NCBI RefSeq assembly: GCF_017995345.1
Contig: NZ_JAGOJA010000003.1
Length of the DNA stretch: 56,838 bases
Reading direction: 5' to 3' (one strand)
Source of the DNA: Flavobacterium sp.
Lineage (GTDB): Bacteria; Bacteroidota; Bacteroidia; Flavobacteriales; Flavobacteriaceae
Each line of letters opens with the position of its first letter. Position 1 is the stretch's first letter. Shown here piece by piece: positions 1 through 9,903 of the stretch. The notes below the pieces were generated by a model that saw only the letters and a program-made list of their open reading frames with translations, was not told the DNA's origin and did no database searches. A program made the position numbers and the translations under genes.

Positions 1-2
1 TA

Positions 3-209
3 TTTAGATTAATGGTACAAAAAAATCTCTCTGCAACTCAAAATAGATTGATTACTACTATTGCAAAAACTGCAACTGAAAAATATCTTGATTTCATTCA
101 TTTATATCCTACAATTCCACAAAGAGTAGCACAACATTATATTGCATCATACCTTGGTATCTCAGCTGAATTTTTAAGCAAAATAAGAACCAAATTGTCC
201 AAACAATAA
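3..209 (+). CDS. Crp/Fnr family transcriptional regulator, C-terminal part (5' truncated by window)
   Basis: Frame open from base 3; C-terminal HTH signature RVAQHYIASYLGISAEFLSKIR typical of Bacteroidetes Crp/Fnr proteins. Confidence 0.9.
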   Translation, partial: FRLMVQKNLSATQNRLITTIAKTATEKYLDFIHLYPTIPQRVAQHYIASYLGISAEFLSKIRTKLSKQ

Positions 210-218
210 TTATAGTTT

Positions 219-279
219 TTCCTAAAAATTTAATTAGTTTCCTACTGACATTTACTTGTTTTTAGGAAGCTTTTTTTTT
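219..279 (+). terminator. Possible intrinsic terminator after the Crp/Fnr gene
   Basis: ttcctaaaaa ... tttttaggaa inverted repeat followed by a T run; the loop is long. Confidence 0.4.
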
Positions 280-459
280 GCAATGAAGTTAAATCCTATT
301 TTCAATCAGGATACTTGTACTGCACAGCATCATAACCCACATCGTTTTTTATTGTTTTTTTATTTTTCTTGAACTGAAACAATCTAAGGAATAAATTGAA
401 TTTTCAAATTTATATACTAAATTTTAAATCGATTAAAAAAATTTTTATACAATGCCGTA

Positions 460-790
460 CTTGAACTGGTTCAATGCACACTTTATTAAAGTTGGAGAAC
501 TTTGTCTCATCAAAAAATAAACCTTTAAAATAATAGCATAAAATTTTTCTTGAACTGGTTCAATGCACACTTTTTTAAAGTTGAAGAACTTTGTCTCATC
601 AAAAATAAAGCAATAAAAATAATGACATAAAATTTTTCTTGAACTGGTTCAATGCACACCTTCTAAAAGTAGCAGAACTTTGCTTCATCAAAAACAAATT
701 ATCTAAAATAATAACATAAAAAATTTCTTGAACTAGTTCAATGCACACATTTTAAAAGTAGTAGAACTTTGCTTCATCAAAAAACAATAA
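460..790 (+). repeat. Four tandem 89-bp units, each with a palindromic box and a -7-like element
   Basis: TTGAACT(G/A)GTTCAA starts at 461, 550, 639 and 728; each is followed by tgcacac...aaagt...agaactttg..tcatcaaaaa; degenerate copy ttgaactgaaacaa at 369. Confidence 0.95.
728..771 (+). promoter_or_regulatory. Crp/Fnr-type operator and promoter proximal to the pirin operon
   Basis: Perfect palindrome TTGAACTAGTTCAA (FNR-like TTGA-N6-TCAA) centred 29.5 bp before GAACTTTG, which resembles TAnnTTTG; a Crp/Fnr gene is adjacent. Confidence 0.65.
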
Positions 791-797
791 GAAAATT

Positions 798-1673
798 ATG
801 GACAGAAAAGATTTTTTAAAGAAAGGTTTATTGGGAACTGGAATGTTTGTAGCGACAGCAGCAGTTGGAAATATTATGAAAAATAAGATCGATGAAATTC
901 AAGAATTAGAAGCCTTTGGATACAATCATCTCCCTAATACAGAATCCAAAATTATGGAAAACACAGTTTTACACAAAGCAAATACAAGAGGTGTAGCAAG
1001 TCACGGTTGGTTAGAGAGTCGTCACACTTTTAGTTTTGCCAATTACAACAATCCTGAAAGAATGCATTTTGGAGTTTTAAGAGTGCTAAATGACGATAAG
1101 GTTGATCCAGGAATGGGTTTTGGAACTCATCCACATGACAATATGGAAATTATAAGTATTCCATTAGAAGGTGATTTAGAACACAATGACAGTATGGGAA
1201 ATACAACTGTAATTAAAAATGGTGACATTCAGATCATGAGTGCCGGAACAGGAGTTTTTCACAGTGAATACAATAAGAATAAAGATAAATTGGTAAAATT
1301 TCTTCAAATATGGGTGTATCCTAATAAAAAGAATGTGACCCCTAGATATGACCAAATTACTTTAGATAAAAACGAAAGAAAAAACAAGTTCCAACAAATT
1401 ATCTCACCAAATCCAGATGATGAAGGTGTTTGGATCCAACAAGATGCTTGGTTTCATTTAGGAGATTTTGATAAAGGAATAACAACAGATTATAAGATTA
1501 AAAAATCAGGCAACGGTGTATATGTCTTTGTATTAAAAGGAGAGGCAACCATTGAAGATCAAAAACTTGAAACGAGAGATGGTTTTGGAATATGGGACAC
1601 TAATCAATTTACCATCACTGCAAATACTGAAGATACTGAAATCCTATTGATGGAAGTACCGATGTCTTTATAA
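798..1673 (+). CDS. Pirin family protein (YhhW-like) with an N-terminal Tat-like extension
   Basis: HGWLESRHTFSF, LRVLNDD, GFGTHPH, MSAGTGVFHSE, FLQIW motifs. Confidence 0.92.
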   Translation: MDRKDFLKKGLLGTGMFVATAAVGNIMKNKIDEIQELEAFGYNHLPNTESKIMENTVLHKANTRGVASHGWLESRHTFSFANYNNPERMHFGVLRVLNDDKVDPGMGFGTHPHDNMEIISIPLEGDLEHNDSMGNTTVIKNGDIQIMSAGTGVFHSEYNKNKDKLVKFLQIWVYPNKKNVTPRYDQITLDKNERKNKFQQIISPNPDDEGVWIQQDAWFHLGDFDKGITTDYKIKKSGNGVYVFVLKGEATIEDQKLETRDGFGIWDTNQFTITANTEDTEILLMEVPMSL

Positions 1674-1720
1674 TGCTAATATTAATAATTAAACAACAAT
1701 AACTTAAAATCACAAAAAAA

Positions 1721-2251
1721 ATGGAAAATTCACATTGGGCTATTGACCCTACACACTCAGAAATTGGCTTTAAAGTAAAACACATGATGTTTACAAACGT
1801 ATCAGGAAAATTCAATTCGTTTGAAGCAACTATCCAAAATGAAGATAACAACTTTGAAACTTCAAAAATCAACTTTTCAGCAGATACAACTTCAGTTGAT
1901 ACTAATAATGCTGATAGAGACAGCCACTTGAAAAGTGCAGATTTCTTTGATGTAGATAACTTCCCTAAGCTTTCTTTTGTATCTACAGATGTTAAGAAAA
2001 TTAATGAAGGTGAATATAAAATATCTGGAGATTTAACAATTAAAGATGTTACTAAAAGTATCGTGTTAGATGTAGAATATAGCGGATTAATGACTGATCC
2101 ATGGGGAAATACAAAAATAGGTCTTTCTTTAAATGGAAAAATAAACAGAAAAGAATTTGGTTTGACTTGGAACTCAACTCTTGAAGCAGGAGGAGTACTA
2201 GTTGGAGAAGAAATTAAATTAGTTTCTGAAATTCAATTTATTAAACAATAA
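1721..2251 (+). CDS. YceI family polyisoprenoid-binding protein
   Basis: WAIDPTHSEIGFKVKHMM, RDSHLKSADFFD, GDLTIK, DPWG motifs. Confidence 0.93.
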   Translation: MENSHWAIDPTHSEIGFKVKHMMFTNVSGKFNSFEATIQNEDNNFETSKINFSADTTSVDTNNADRDSHLKSADFFDVDNFPKLSFVSTDVKKINEGEYKISGDLTIKDVTKSIVLDVEYSGLMTDPWGNTKIGLSLNGKINRKEFGLTWNSTLEAGGVLVGEEIKLVSEIQFIKQ

Positions 2252-2276
2252 TTTATAATCCTTAAATTTTATCAAA

Positions 2277-2963
2277 ATGAAAAAAGTAGTCTTATCGTTA
2301 GTAGTAGGTTTTACAGCCTTGACAGGTTTTGCACAAAAACCAAGTCCAAATTTATTAAATCCAACAAACCATACTCTTGTATTAATTGATCACGAAGGTC
2401 AAATGGCTTTTGCAACTAAAAGTATAGATGCAATTGAATTAAGAAACAATGTAGGTTTAATTGCAGGTACTTCCAAAATTTTTAAAGTACCAACTGTTGT
2501 TACTACAGTTGCTGAAAAATCATTTAGCGGACCTGTATTTCCAGAAATTCTTGAGGCTTTTCCTAACACAGCTCAATATATTGACAGAACAACAATGAAT
2601 ACTTGGGAAGATGTTAATGCGCACAAAGCAATCACTGGAAAAAACAAAAAGAAATTAGTTTTTGCTGGTTTATGGACTAGTGTATGTATTGTAGGGCCAG
2701 CATTATCAGCCTTAACTGATGGATATGAGGTTTATGTAGTAACTGATGCTTCTGGTGATGTTTCTAAAGAAGCTCATGACCAAGCTGTAACAAGAATGGT
2801 TCAAGCTGGAGCAAAACCTATTACTTCTTTACAATATTTACTTGAATTACAAAGAGATTGGGCTCGTGGAGAAACATATCAAGCAGTTACTGATTTAGCT
2901 GTTAAATATGGTGGAGCTTACGGTGTTGGTATCCAATACGCTAGAGAAATGGTAAAACATTAA
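2277..2963 (+). CDS. YcaC-like isochorismatase-family hydrolase with signal peptide
   Basis: LIDHE, RTTMNTWED, GLWTSVC (catalytic Cys), ELQRDW; N-terminal MKK plus hydrophobic stretch ending GFA-Q. Confidence 0.88.
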   Translation: MKKVVLSLVVGFTALTGFAQKPSPNLLNPTNHTLVLIDHEGQMAFATKSIDAIELRNNVGLIAGTSKIFKVPTVVTTVAEKSFSGPVFPEILEAFPNTAQYIDRTTMNTWEDVNAHKAITGKNKKKLVFAGLWTSVCIVGPALSALTDGYEVYVVTDASGDVSKEAHDQAVTRMVQAGAKPITSLQYLLELQRDWARGETYQAVTDLAVKYGGAYGVGIQYAREMVKH

Positions 2964-2971
2964 TTTAAACT

Positions 2972-2998
2972 AAAAGCGGGCGTAACAGCCCGCTTTTT
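2972..2998 (+). terminator. Intra-operon hairpin with T tail
   Basis: aaaagcgggc-gtaaca-gcccgcttttt. Confidence 0.75.
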
Positions 2999-3010
2999 AA
3001 AACTATAATT

Positions 3011-4801
3011 ATGAAAATATTAAAAAATATTATTTTTACAGTCTTAGTTCTTTTCGGCCTTTCTACAATTGCGCAATCCAAGCAAAGCCCTACTTTAATC
3101 GTTTTTAATGCTAAAGTTCATACCCTTGATAATGCCAATACTATAGCAGAAGCAATTGCTGTTCAAAACGGAAAAATTATTAAAGTTGGTAAATCGAGTT
3201 CCATTTTAAAGTTAAAAACCAAAAACACAAAGCTTGTAGATGCCAAAGGGAAAACAATCGTTCCTGGAATATTTGACAGTCACATGCACATCATTAGAGG
3301 AGGTCGTTTTTACAACACTGAATTAAGATGGGATGGCGTACGCTCTCTTAAAAGAGCTCTGACAATGCTTAAAGAACAAGCACAAAGAACTCCAGAGGGA
3401 CAATGGGTACGAGTTGTAGGCGGATGGAATGCCTATCAGTTTGAAGAAAAAAGACTACCTACATTAGCCGAAATAAATGAAGCTACAGGAAATGTACCTA
3501 CATTTATTTTACATTTATATGGTCATGCTTATCTCAATAAAGCTGGTTTAACTGCATTAAACATCAATGCCGAAACTCCAAGTCCTAAAGGTGGTTTAGT
3601 ACAAAAAGACGAAATGGGTAATCCTACTGGTCTTTTAGTAGCAGAACCAAATGCCTATCTTCTATATGCTACTTTAGCAAAACTACCTGAATTGACTGAC
3701 GAGCAAAAAACAAACTCTACTCAGTTATTCATGTCCGAAATGAATCGTTTAGGAGTTACTTCAATTATGGATGCAGGTGGAGGATTTCAAAATTATCCTG
3801 ATGATTACGGCATCACTGATTTACTTGCTAAAGAGGATAAACTTACTATCCGTTTGCCATTTTATCTTTTTGCTCAAAAACCAGGAAGTGAACTAATTGA
3901 TTATACAAAGTGGATTAGTGAAGTCGAAATAGGAGAACATGATGATCACAAAAAATTAGATAAATTAGAGTACTATGTACAAGGTGGAGGAGAAAATCTT
4001 GTGGCTAGTGCAGGTGATTTTGAAAACTTTGATAAACCAAGACCTGATTTGTCACCAGAAATGGAAGGACAATTGAAAGCGGTAATTGGTACACTTGTGA
4101 AAAATCGTTGGCCATTTCGCTTACATGCGACTTACAATGAAAGTATCACGCGCTTCTTAAATGTAATTGAGGAAGTAAATGGCGAAACTCCTTTAAATGG
4201 TTTATTATGGTTTTTTGATCATGCGGAGACCATTTCTGAAGAAAACCTAGTACGAATAAAAGCATTGGGAGGTAGTATTGCAATTCAACACAGAATGGCG
4301 TATCAAGCGGAAAGTTTCATAAAAAGATATGGGAAAAAAGCGGCTGAAAATACACCTCCAGTTAAAAAAATGCTTGATTTAGGAATCACAGTTGGAATGG
4401 GATCTGATGGAACCCGTGTAAGTTCTTTCAATCCTTGGATAGGTTTATACTGGCTTACAACAGGAAAATCAATAGGAGAGACAAAACATCAAGCTGACAA
4501 AAACGTCTTAGACAGAACAACAGCCTTAAAGTTATTTACTCAAGGAAGTGCTAAATTAGTTCGTTTAGATGCTGACAGAGGAATGATTAAAGAAAATTAC
4601 CTCGCTGATTTCATTGTCTTATCTGATGATTATTTCAGTGTTGCTGATCGTAAAATACAAGACATTACTGCTAACTTAACTGTCGTTGATGGTAAAATAG
4701 TATATGCTGATGAAGTGTTTCAAGGCTTAGCAAAGCCTTTACCTAAAGCCATACCGGAATGGAGTCCTGTAAATTTTTACGGAGGTTATCAAAAAAAATA
4801 A
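3011..4801 (+). CDS. Amidohydrolase 3 family (YtcJ/NfdA-like) metal-dependent hydrolase with signal peptide
   Basis: PGIFDSHMH, RLHAT, DHAE, GSDG, ADFIVLS motifs. Confidence 0.88.
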   Translation: MKILKNIIFTVLVLFGLSTIAQSKQSPTLIVFNAKVHTLDNANTIAEAIAVQNGKIIKVGKSSSILKLKTKNTKLVDAKGKTIVPGIFDSHMHIIRGGRFYNTELRWDGVRSLKRALTMLKEQAQRTPEGQWVRVVGGWNAYQFEEKRLPTLAEINEATGNVPTFILHLYGHAYLNKAGLTALNINAETPSPKGGLVQKDEMGNPTGLLVAEPNAYLLYATLAKLPELTDEQKTNSTQLFMSEMNRLGVTSIMDAGGGFQNYPDDYGITDLLAKEDKLTIRLPFYLFAQKPGSELIDYTKWISEVEIGEHDDHKKLDKLEYYVQGGGENLVASAGDFENFDKPRPDLSPEMEGQLKAVIGTLVKNRWPFRLHATYNESITRFLNVIEEVNGETPLNGLLWFFDHAETISEENLVRIKALGGSIAIQHRMAYQAESFIKRYGKKAAENTPPVKKMLDLGITVGMGSDGTRVSSFNPWIGLYWLTTGKSIGETKHQADKNVLDRTTALKLFTQGSAKLVRLDADRGMIKENYLADFIVLSDDYFSVADRKIQDITANLTVVDGKIVYADEVFQGLAKPLPKAIPEWSPVNFYGGYQKK

Positions 4802-4821
4802 TATAAATAAGCCATTAACAA

Positions 4822-4843
4822 GATGTTTGCGCAAGCGAACATC
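4822..4843 (+). other. GNRA-capped intergenic RNA hairpin
   Basis: gatgtttgc-GCAA-gcgaacatc; 9-bp stem with one G-U pair and no U tail. Confidence 0.55.
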
Positions 4844-4867
4844 AATAAATAAAAAGTTGATACATAT

Positions 4868-5293
4868 ATGAAAAATAGTATTGATAGTTTAAAACATTGG
4901 AACCTAAAGACCATCTCGCTCGACAGTACAATGTTATTGTTCAGAGTTCTACTTTCTTTAGAAATAATGATTGTTCATGGCATGAAAAAAATAGGAATAG
5001 GTACAACAAATGCTGAAGTTGTACCTAATCCTTTTCATCTGCCTGAAGATATAAATCAAATAATGGCTCTTGCTGCAAACCTTTTATTCCCTTTTTTTAT
5101 AATCATTGGTTGGTGCACCAGATGGGCAACATTACCTATTCTAGCGGTAACCTTAACTGGGTACTTTATAGTTCATGGAAATGATAGCTTACTAATGAGA
5201 GATATTCCTTTTATGTATAGTTTGTCGTTCCTACTAATATTTTGCTTAGGTCCCGGTAAATATTCTATCGATAAAATGTTTCAATCTAAATAG
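4868..5293 (+). CDS. DoxX family membrane protein
   Basis: R...HGMKK and GPGKYSID motifs, four hydrophobic segments. Confidence 0.88.
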   Translation: MKNSIDSLKHWNLKTISLDSTMLLFRVLLSLEIMIVHGMKKIGIGTTNAEVVPNPFHLPEDINQIMALAANLLFPFFIIIGWCTRWATLPILAVTLTGYFIVHGNDSLLMRDIPFMYSLSFLLIFCLGPGKYSIDKMFQSK

Positions 5294-5320
5294 TATAGCT
5301 TCTTTTAAAAATGATTTCTA

Positions 5321-6676
5321 ATGAAAAAATTAGTGTTTTTTCTCGCCGTTTTAATAACCGAATTAAGTATTGCTCAAAGCACTGTTAATTTCAAATCACT
5401 ACGTTATGATGAGGATTACAGTACACTTTCATTAGACTCAAATGCCACTTTTTATTCGAAAATGAAAAATACTTCTTTGGATAAAAATCATAACTTTAGT
5501 CTTTCTATAGGTGGTGAATTAAGAAATCAATATCAATTTTTTAAAAATGAAAATTGGGGAGACGCACCAGAGGATAACAACGGTTTTTTACTCAATAGAG
5601 CTTTATTACATACCGACTTAAAATTTAAAAATAAGCTGCGATTATTTACACAATTACAAAGTAGCACCGCAATAAGCCGCATTACCCCTAATGCTGTCGA
5701 AAAAAACGAACTTGATATTCATCAATTATTCTTAGATTATTACTTTATAAATTCAGTTGAGAAACTAACGCTTAGATTGGGACGTCAGGAGGTGCTTTTT
5801 GGTTCACAACGATTGGTTTCAGTACGAGAAGGCCCTAATAGTAGACGGGCATTTGATGGTGCTAAATTAATGTTCAACAGCAATACATCTACATTATCTG
5901 CTTTCTACCTACATGAAGTGAATAATGTACCGGATGTATTTAATGACAAAATCACATCAAATCACAAACTTTTTGGTACGTATAATCAGTTCAAAAAAAT
6001 CAATTATGTCCAAAATATTGACCTATATTATTTAGGAACCTACAATAAAAAAGCGGTTTTTAGTAACGGTATTGGAATCGAAAATAGAAGCACCATAGGA
6101 ACTAGAATCTGGAACACCAGCTCAAAGTGGTCCTATGATTTTGAAGCCGTATATCAATTTGGAAAAATCAATGGTCAACAAATTTCGGCCTATACCCTAT
6201 CCAGTAATACTAGTTTTGCGACAAATAAAACGAAGTTTGGATTTAAAACCGAAGTAATTAGTGGTGATTTAAAAAAAGAGGATAACAGACTAAACACCTT
6301 TAATCCTTTGTTTCCAAGAGGAGCTTACTTTGGCCTTGCTGCGCTTATTGGTCCCGAAAATTTAATTGATGCCCACCCCTATTTAGAATACGAAATCACC
6401 GATAGAATTGTTCTCGGATTAGATTACGATATGTTTTGGAGATATTCTAAATATGATGGTATTTATGGTGCTAATGTAAAGCCCATTTTTGATGTATCAA
6501 CTTCAGACCAAAGAAACATTGGTACACAATTAGGCCTCAATTTTGAATTTCAAGTAAACCCATTTTTGAACTTAACATTAGAAGGAAATTGGTTTAATAC
6601 CGGAAAATACATTAAAGAAGTCAGCACTGGAAAAGATATTTACTTCACTGCGTTTACTATGCAGTATAAATTTTAA
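5321..6676 (+). CDS. Alginate-export family outer-membrane beta-barrel
   Basis: Signal peptide, LRYDEDY, RLGRQE..FGSQRLVSVREGPN, TFNPLFP, terminal YKF. Confidence 0.8.
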   Translation: MKKLVFFLAVLITELSIAQSTVNFKSLRYDEDYSTLSLDSNATFYSKMKNTSLDKNHNFSLSIGGELRNQYQFFKNENWGDAPEDNNGFLLNRALLHTDLKFKNKLRLFTQLQSSTAISRITPNAVEKNELDIHQLFLDYYFINSVEKLTLRLGRQEVLFGSQRLVSVREGPNSRRAFDGAKLMFNSNTSTLSAFYLHEVNNVPDVFNDKITSNHKLFGTYNQFKKINYVQNIDLYYLGTYNKKAVFSNGIGIENRSTIGTRIWNTSSKWSYDFEAVYQFGKINGQQISAYTLSSNTSFATNKTKFGFKTEVISGDLKKEDNRLNTFNPLFPRGAYFGLAALIGPENLIDAHPYLEYEITDRIVLGLDYDMFWRYSKYDGIYGANVKPIFDVSTSDQRNIGTQLGLNFEFQVNPFLNLTLEGNWFNTGKYIKEVSTGKDIYFTAFTMQYKF

Positions 6677-6875
6677 ATACAATAAGAATCATTTTTCTTT
6701 CGAAAGAGACAATGATGCAAAATATTTTAATGGTGAAGAAAATCGTCAGAAATATGGAATTAGACAATTACAATTTTTACGATGGAAAAATTATTTCTAT
6801 TCAGCTACTACATTTAAAAATCGTTTTATTATTCTAAAAATGCAATAGACATAGAATAAAAAAAACAATGAAACT

Positions 6876-7556
6876 ATGGAAAATTCAAACAACATTTGGT
6901 ACCTCACTTTTATGCTAACAATGATAGCAGGATTTTGTGATACACTAACTTTTGTAGCGGCAGACACCATATTCTCGGCACATGTAACGGGTAACTTTAT
7001 TGTTTTTGCATATCAAATTGTCAAAGGATCTGATTTAAACGCTTGGATAAAATTATTTTCTTTTCCTGTTTTCATAGCAGCAGTAATGATTGGCGGCTGG
7101 ATGGCATCAAAAAGTAAATACAAATACAAATTATTGCTTTGGGAAGGTATAATACTTATCTCTAGCGGACTTATAGCTTATATCTTGAATACTTTAGAAA
7201 TTTTCACTTCAGGGTCCGTTTACTTTGTCGCCATGTTGATCGTATTTGCAATGGGTTTGCAAAATACTTTTGGTAAACGCTTTAGCAAAGAAACTTTTGG
7301 ACCTACAACAATGATGACAGGTAATGTGACACAGGCATCATTAGATATTCAAACGCTAATTCTTAATAAATTCAAGGATTCAGCGACACTTTTAAACTTA
7401 AAAAAACAACTGACAACTATTATTGGTTTCCTTATTGGATGTTGTTTAGGAGCTTTATCAGGAAAAAATATTGGATTAGTAAGCGTCGTTGTTCCAGGAG
7501 TAGCAATGGTAATTTGTTACCTTAAAAATAGAAACGTTGGCACTTTAATAACATAA
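6876..7556 (+). CDS. YoaK/DUF1275 family membrane protein
   Basis: AGFCD, FSAHVTGN, MGLQN, TTMMTGN motifs. Confidence 0.88.
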   Translation: MENSNNIWYLTFMLTMIAGFCDTLTFVAADTIFSAHVTGNFIVFAYQIVKGSDLNAWIKLFSFPVFIAAVMIGGWMASKSKYKYKLLLWEGIILISSGLIAYILNTLEIFTSGSVYFVAMLIVFAMGLQNTFGKRFSKETFGPTTMMTGNVTQASLDIQTLILNKFKDSATLLNLKKQLTTIIGFLIGCCLGALSGKNIGLVSVVVPGVAMVICYLKNRNVGTLIT

Positions 7557-7711
7557 CTTTATAATTTTTTGAGTAAATTTATCTTCCTCAAAAAAAGTGA
7601 ATTGGTGTGGGAAATCATACAGAATTACTAAAAGTCTAAACTAGTACACTCTATTCAAAAATTAAAGAACATAGAATTCAACACAGTTAGCAATTATTTA
7701 ATTTAAACTTT

Positions 7712-8647
7712 ATGGAAAATAAAATATTAGGCTTGCATCATATCACTGCAATTGCCAACAATGCCAAAATAAATCATGATTTCTATACCAAAGTCCTTGG
7801 CTTGAGAATGGTCAAAAAAACGGTCAATTTTGATGACCCAAACACCTATCATTTTTACTATGGAAATGAAAATGGTGCTCCGGGAACTATCTTAACTTTT
7901 TTCCCTTGGGAAGGCATCGGTAAGGGATATACAGGTACCGGACAAGCGACTGAAATTGGGTACTCAGTACCAGAAGGCAGCTTGGATTTTTGGGCAAACC
8001 GATTCAAAGAAAACAATATTACTATTGGTGAAAAATCAGAACGATTTGGAGAGCATTTTTTACCTTTTCAGGACCCTGACGGTCTCAATCTTAGCTTGAT
8101 TGTACCCAAACAAAAAGACAATCGCATCGTTTGGGAAACTAATGAAATCAAACAAGATACAGCTACAAAGGGTTTCCATAATATTACATTGACCTTAAAA
8201 AGCATTGATAAAACAGCTAAAATCTTAACTGACATTTTTGGTTACGAATTAATTTCGCAAGAAAACAATCGTTTCCGTTTTGCCACCAATGCTGTAGAGA
8301 ACGCTTCTATCGTAGACTTATTAGAAGAACCAAACGGAAAACCAGGCTACAACGCAGCAGGAACAAATCATCATGTGGCTTTTAGAGTGCCTAATGAAGA
8401 AGTCCTAATGAATTTTAGAGAGAAAATTTTAACCGAAAATTTAGGAATTACTCCAAAAATTAACCGAGATTACTTTTTCTCCTTATATTTTAGAGAACCG
8501 GGAGGTGTATTATTTGAACTTGCAACTGATAATCCTGGCTTCACTGTTGACGAACCTTTGGCTGAATTAGGAACCAATTTAAAATTGCCTAAACAATACG
8601 AGAATTCAAGAGAACTAATTGAAAATACACTACCTAAATTAATTTAA
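7712..8647 (+). CDS. Ring-cleaving dioxygenase (MhqA/MhqO-like, VOC fold)
   Basis: GLHHITA, KKTVNFDDP, LTFFPW, HHVAF, SLYFREPGGVLFELAT. Confidence 0.92.
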   Translation: MENKILGLHHITAIANNAKINHDFYTKVLGLRMVKKTVNFDDPNTYHFYYGNENGAPGTILTFFPWEGIGKGYTGTGQATEIGYSVPEGSLDFWANRFKENNITIGEKSERFGEHFLPFQDPDGLNLSLIVPKQKDNRIVWETNEIKQDTATKGFHNITLTLKSIDKTAKILTDIFGYELISQENNRFRFATNAVENASIVDLLEEPNGKPGYNAAGTNHHVAFRVPNEEVLMNFREKILTENLGITPKINRDYFFSLYFREPGGVLFELATDNPGFTVDEPLAELGTNLKLPKQYENSRELIENTLPKLI

Positions 8648-8648
8648 A

Positions 8649-8942
8649 ATGAACGAAATAAAAATAAAACTAGGCTCAAATAATAAAGGTTTCATAATTC
8701 TATACGAAGATGATATTCGTGCGGGTGAAATGGTTATCAGTGTTGATGGCAGTACGTTAACCGTTTATCATACGGAGGTCGAAGAAAAATTTTCTGGAAA
8801 AGGTTATGCCAAATTATTGCTGGATGCTTTAGAAAAATATGCTATTGAAAATAAACTAAAAGTAGAAGCACTTTGCCCTTACGTTCATGCACAATTTAAA
8901 AAGAATCCAGATCGTTTTGAAACTATTTGGCAAAAAGACTAA
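8649..8942 (+). CDS. YjdJ-like small GNAT acetyltransferase
   Basis: HTEV....SGKGYA and LCPYV motifs. Confidence 0.85.
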   Translation: MNEIKIKLGSNNKGFIILYEDDIRAGEMVISVDGSTLTVYHTEVEEKFSGKGYAKLLLDALEKYAIENKLKVEALCPYVHAQFKKNPDRFETIWQKD

Positions 8943-8945
8943 AGT

Positions 8946-9899
8946 ATGAGTAAATTAATCACAGGAATACATCACGTTACAGCAATTGCTGGTGGAGCAC
9001 AAAAAAATTTGGAATTTTACGCTGGCGTATTAGGGCTTCGTTTAGTAAAAAAAACGGTCAACTTTGACGCGCCCGAGATATATCATTTGTATTACGGTGA
9101 CGAACTAGGAAATCCAGGAAGCGTACTTACCTTTTTTCCATACCAAGGTTTAAAAATGGGACGTCACGGCAAGGGGATGTTAAATACAACGGCCTTTTCT
9201 GTACCGATGAATTCCATTGGTTTTTGGACCGAAAGGTTAAAGAAATTTGGTGTTGCGTATAAAGAACCGCAAGAACGATTTGAAAACGAAATTGTGATTT
9301 ATTTTGAAGACCAAGATGGTTTGGGACTCGAACTTGTTTTTAATGATAATGATACCAGAACGGGATATTATAGCGGTTCGATTAATGAATCTAACGCGAT
9401 TAGAGGTTTTCATAATGTCGAAATCTGGCAAGAAGGCTACGAACTCACCGCAGGCGTTCTTACTCAGCAATTAGATCATACTCTTATTGCCGAAAAAGGC
9501 AATCGTTTTAGGTTTGCTGCTTCAAATCAATCAGGGAATTATGTCGATATTGTTTGTGCACCTGATAGCTTAAAAGGTTTGGCAGGTAGCGGAATGGTGC
9601 ATCATTTAGCATTTAAAACTCCTGATAAAGCATCGCAAGAAGCCATCCGACAAAAGATTGTGGAGCGAAATTTAAACCCAACCGAAATTCTAAATCGAAA
9701 TTATTTTACCTCCATCTATTTCAAAGAACCAGGAGGGGTGTTGTTTGAAGTAGCTACTGAGCTACCAGGATTTACTGTTGATGAAGAGGTTGACCATCTA
9801 GGAGAAGAATTACAACTTCCAGCGTGGTTTGAAGAGCAAAGAGCACAGCTGCTAACAAAACTTCCTGAAATTACTATTGATAAATCTAAATATTTATAA
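8946..9899 (+). CDS. Second ring-cleaving dioxygenase (MhqA/MhqO-like)
   Basis: Same motif set as 7712..8647. Confidence 0.92.
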   Translation: MSKLITGIHHVTAIAGGAQKNLEFYAGVLGLRLVKKTVNFDAPEIYHLYYGDELGNPGSVLTFFPYQGLKMGRHGKGMLNTTAFSVPMNSIGFWTERLKKFGVAYKEPQERFENEIVIYFEDQDGLGLELVFNDNDTRTGYYSGSINESNAIRGFHNVEIWQEGYELTAGVLTQQLDHTLIAEKGNRFRFAASNQSGNYVDIVCAPDSLKGLAGSGMVHHLAFKTPDKASQEAIRQKIVERNLNPTEILNRNYFTSIYFKEPGGVLFEVATELPGFTVDEEVDHLGEELQLPAWFEEQRAQLLTKLPEITIDKSKYL

Positions 9900-9903
9900 A
9901 GTT

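Noticed and set aside
460-790. CRISPR array
   Set aside because: The linkers are homologous to each other rather than unique spacers, the conserved part is itself variable, and no cas genes are present
6680-6850. Possible gene remnant between the porin and yoaK
   Set aside because: Only short open stretches with no family I can recognise
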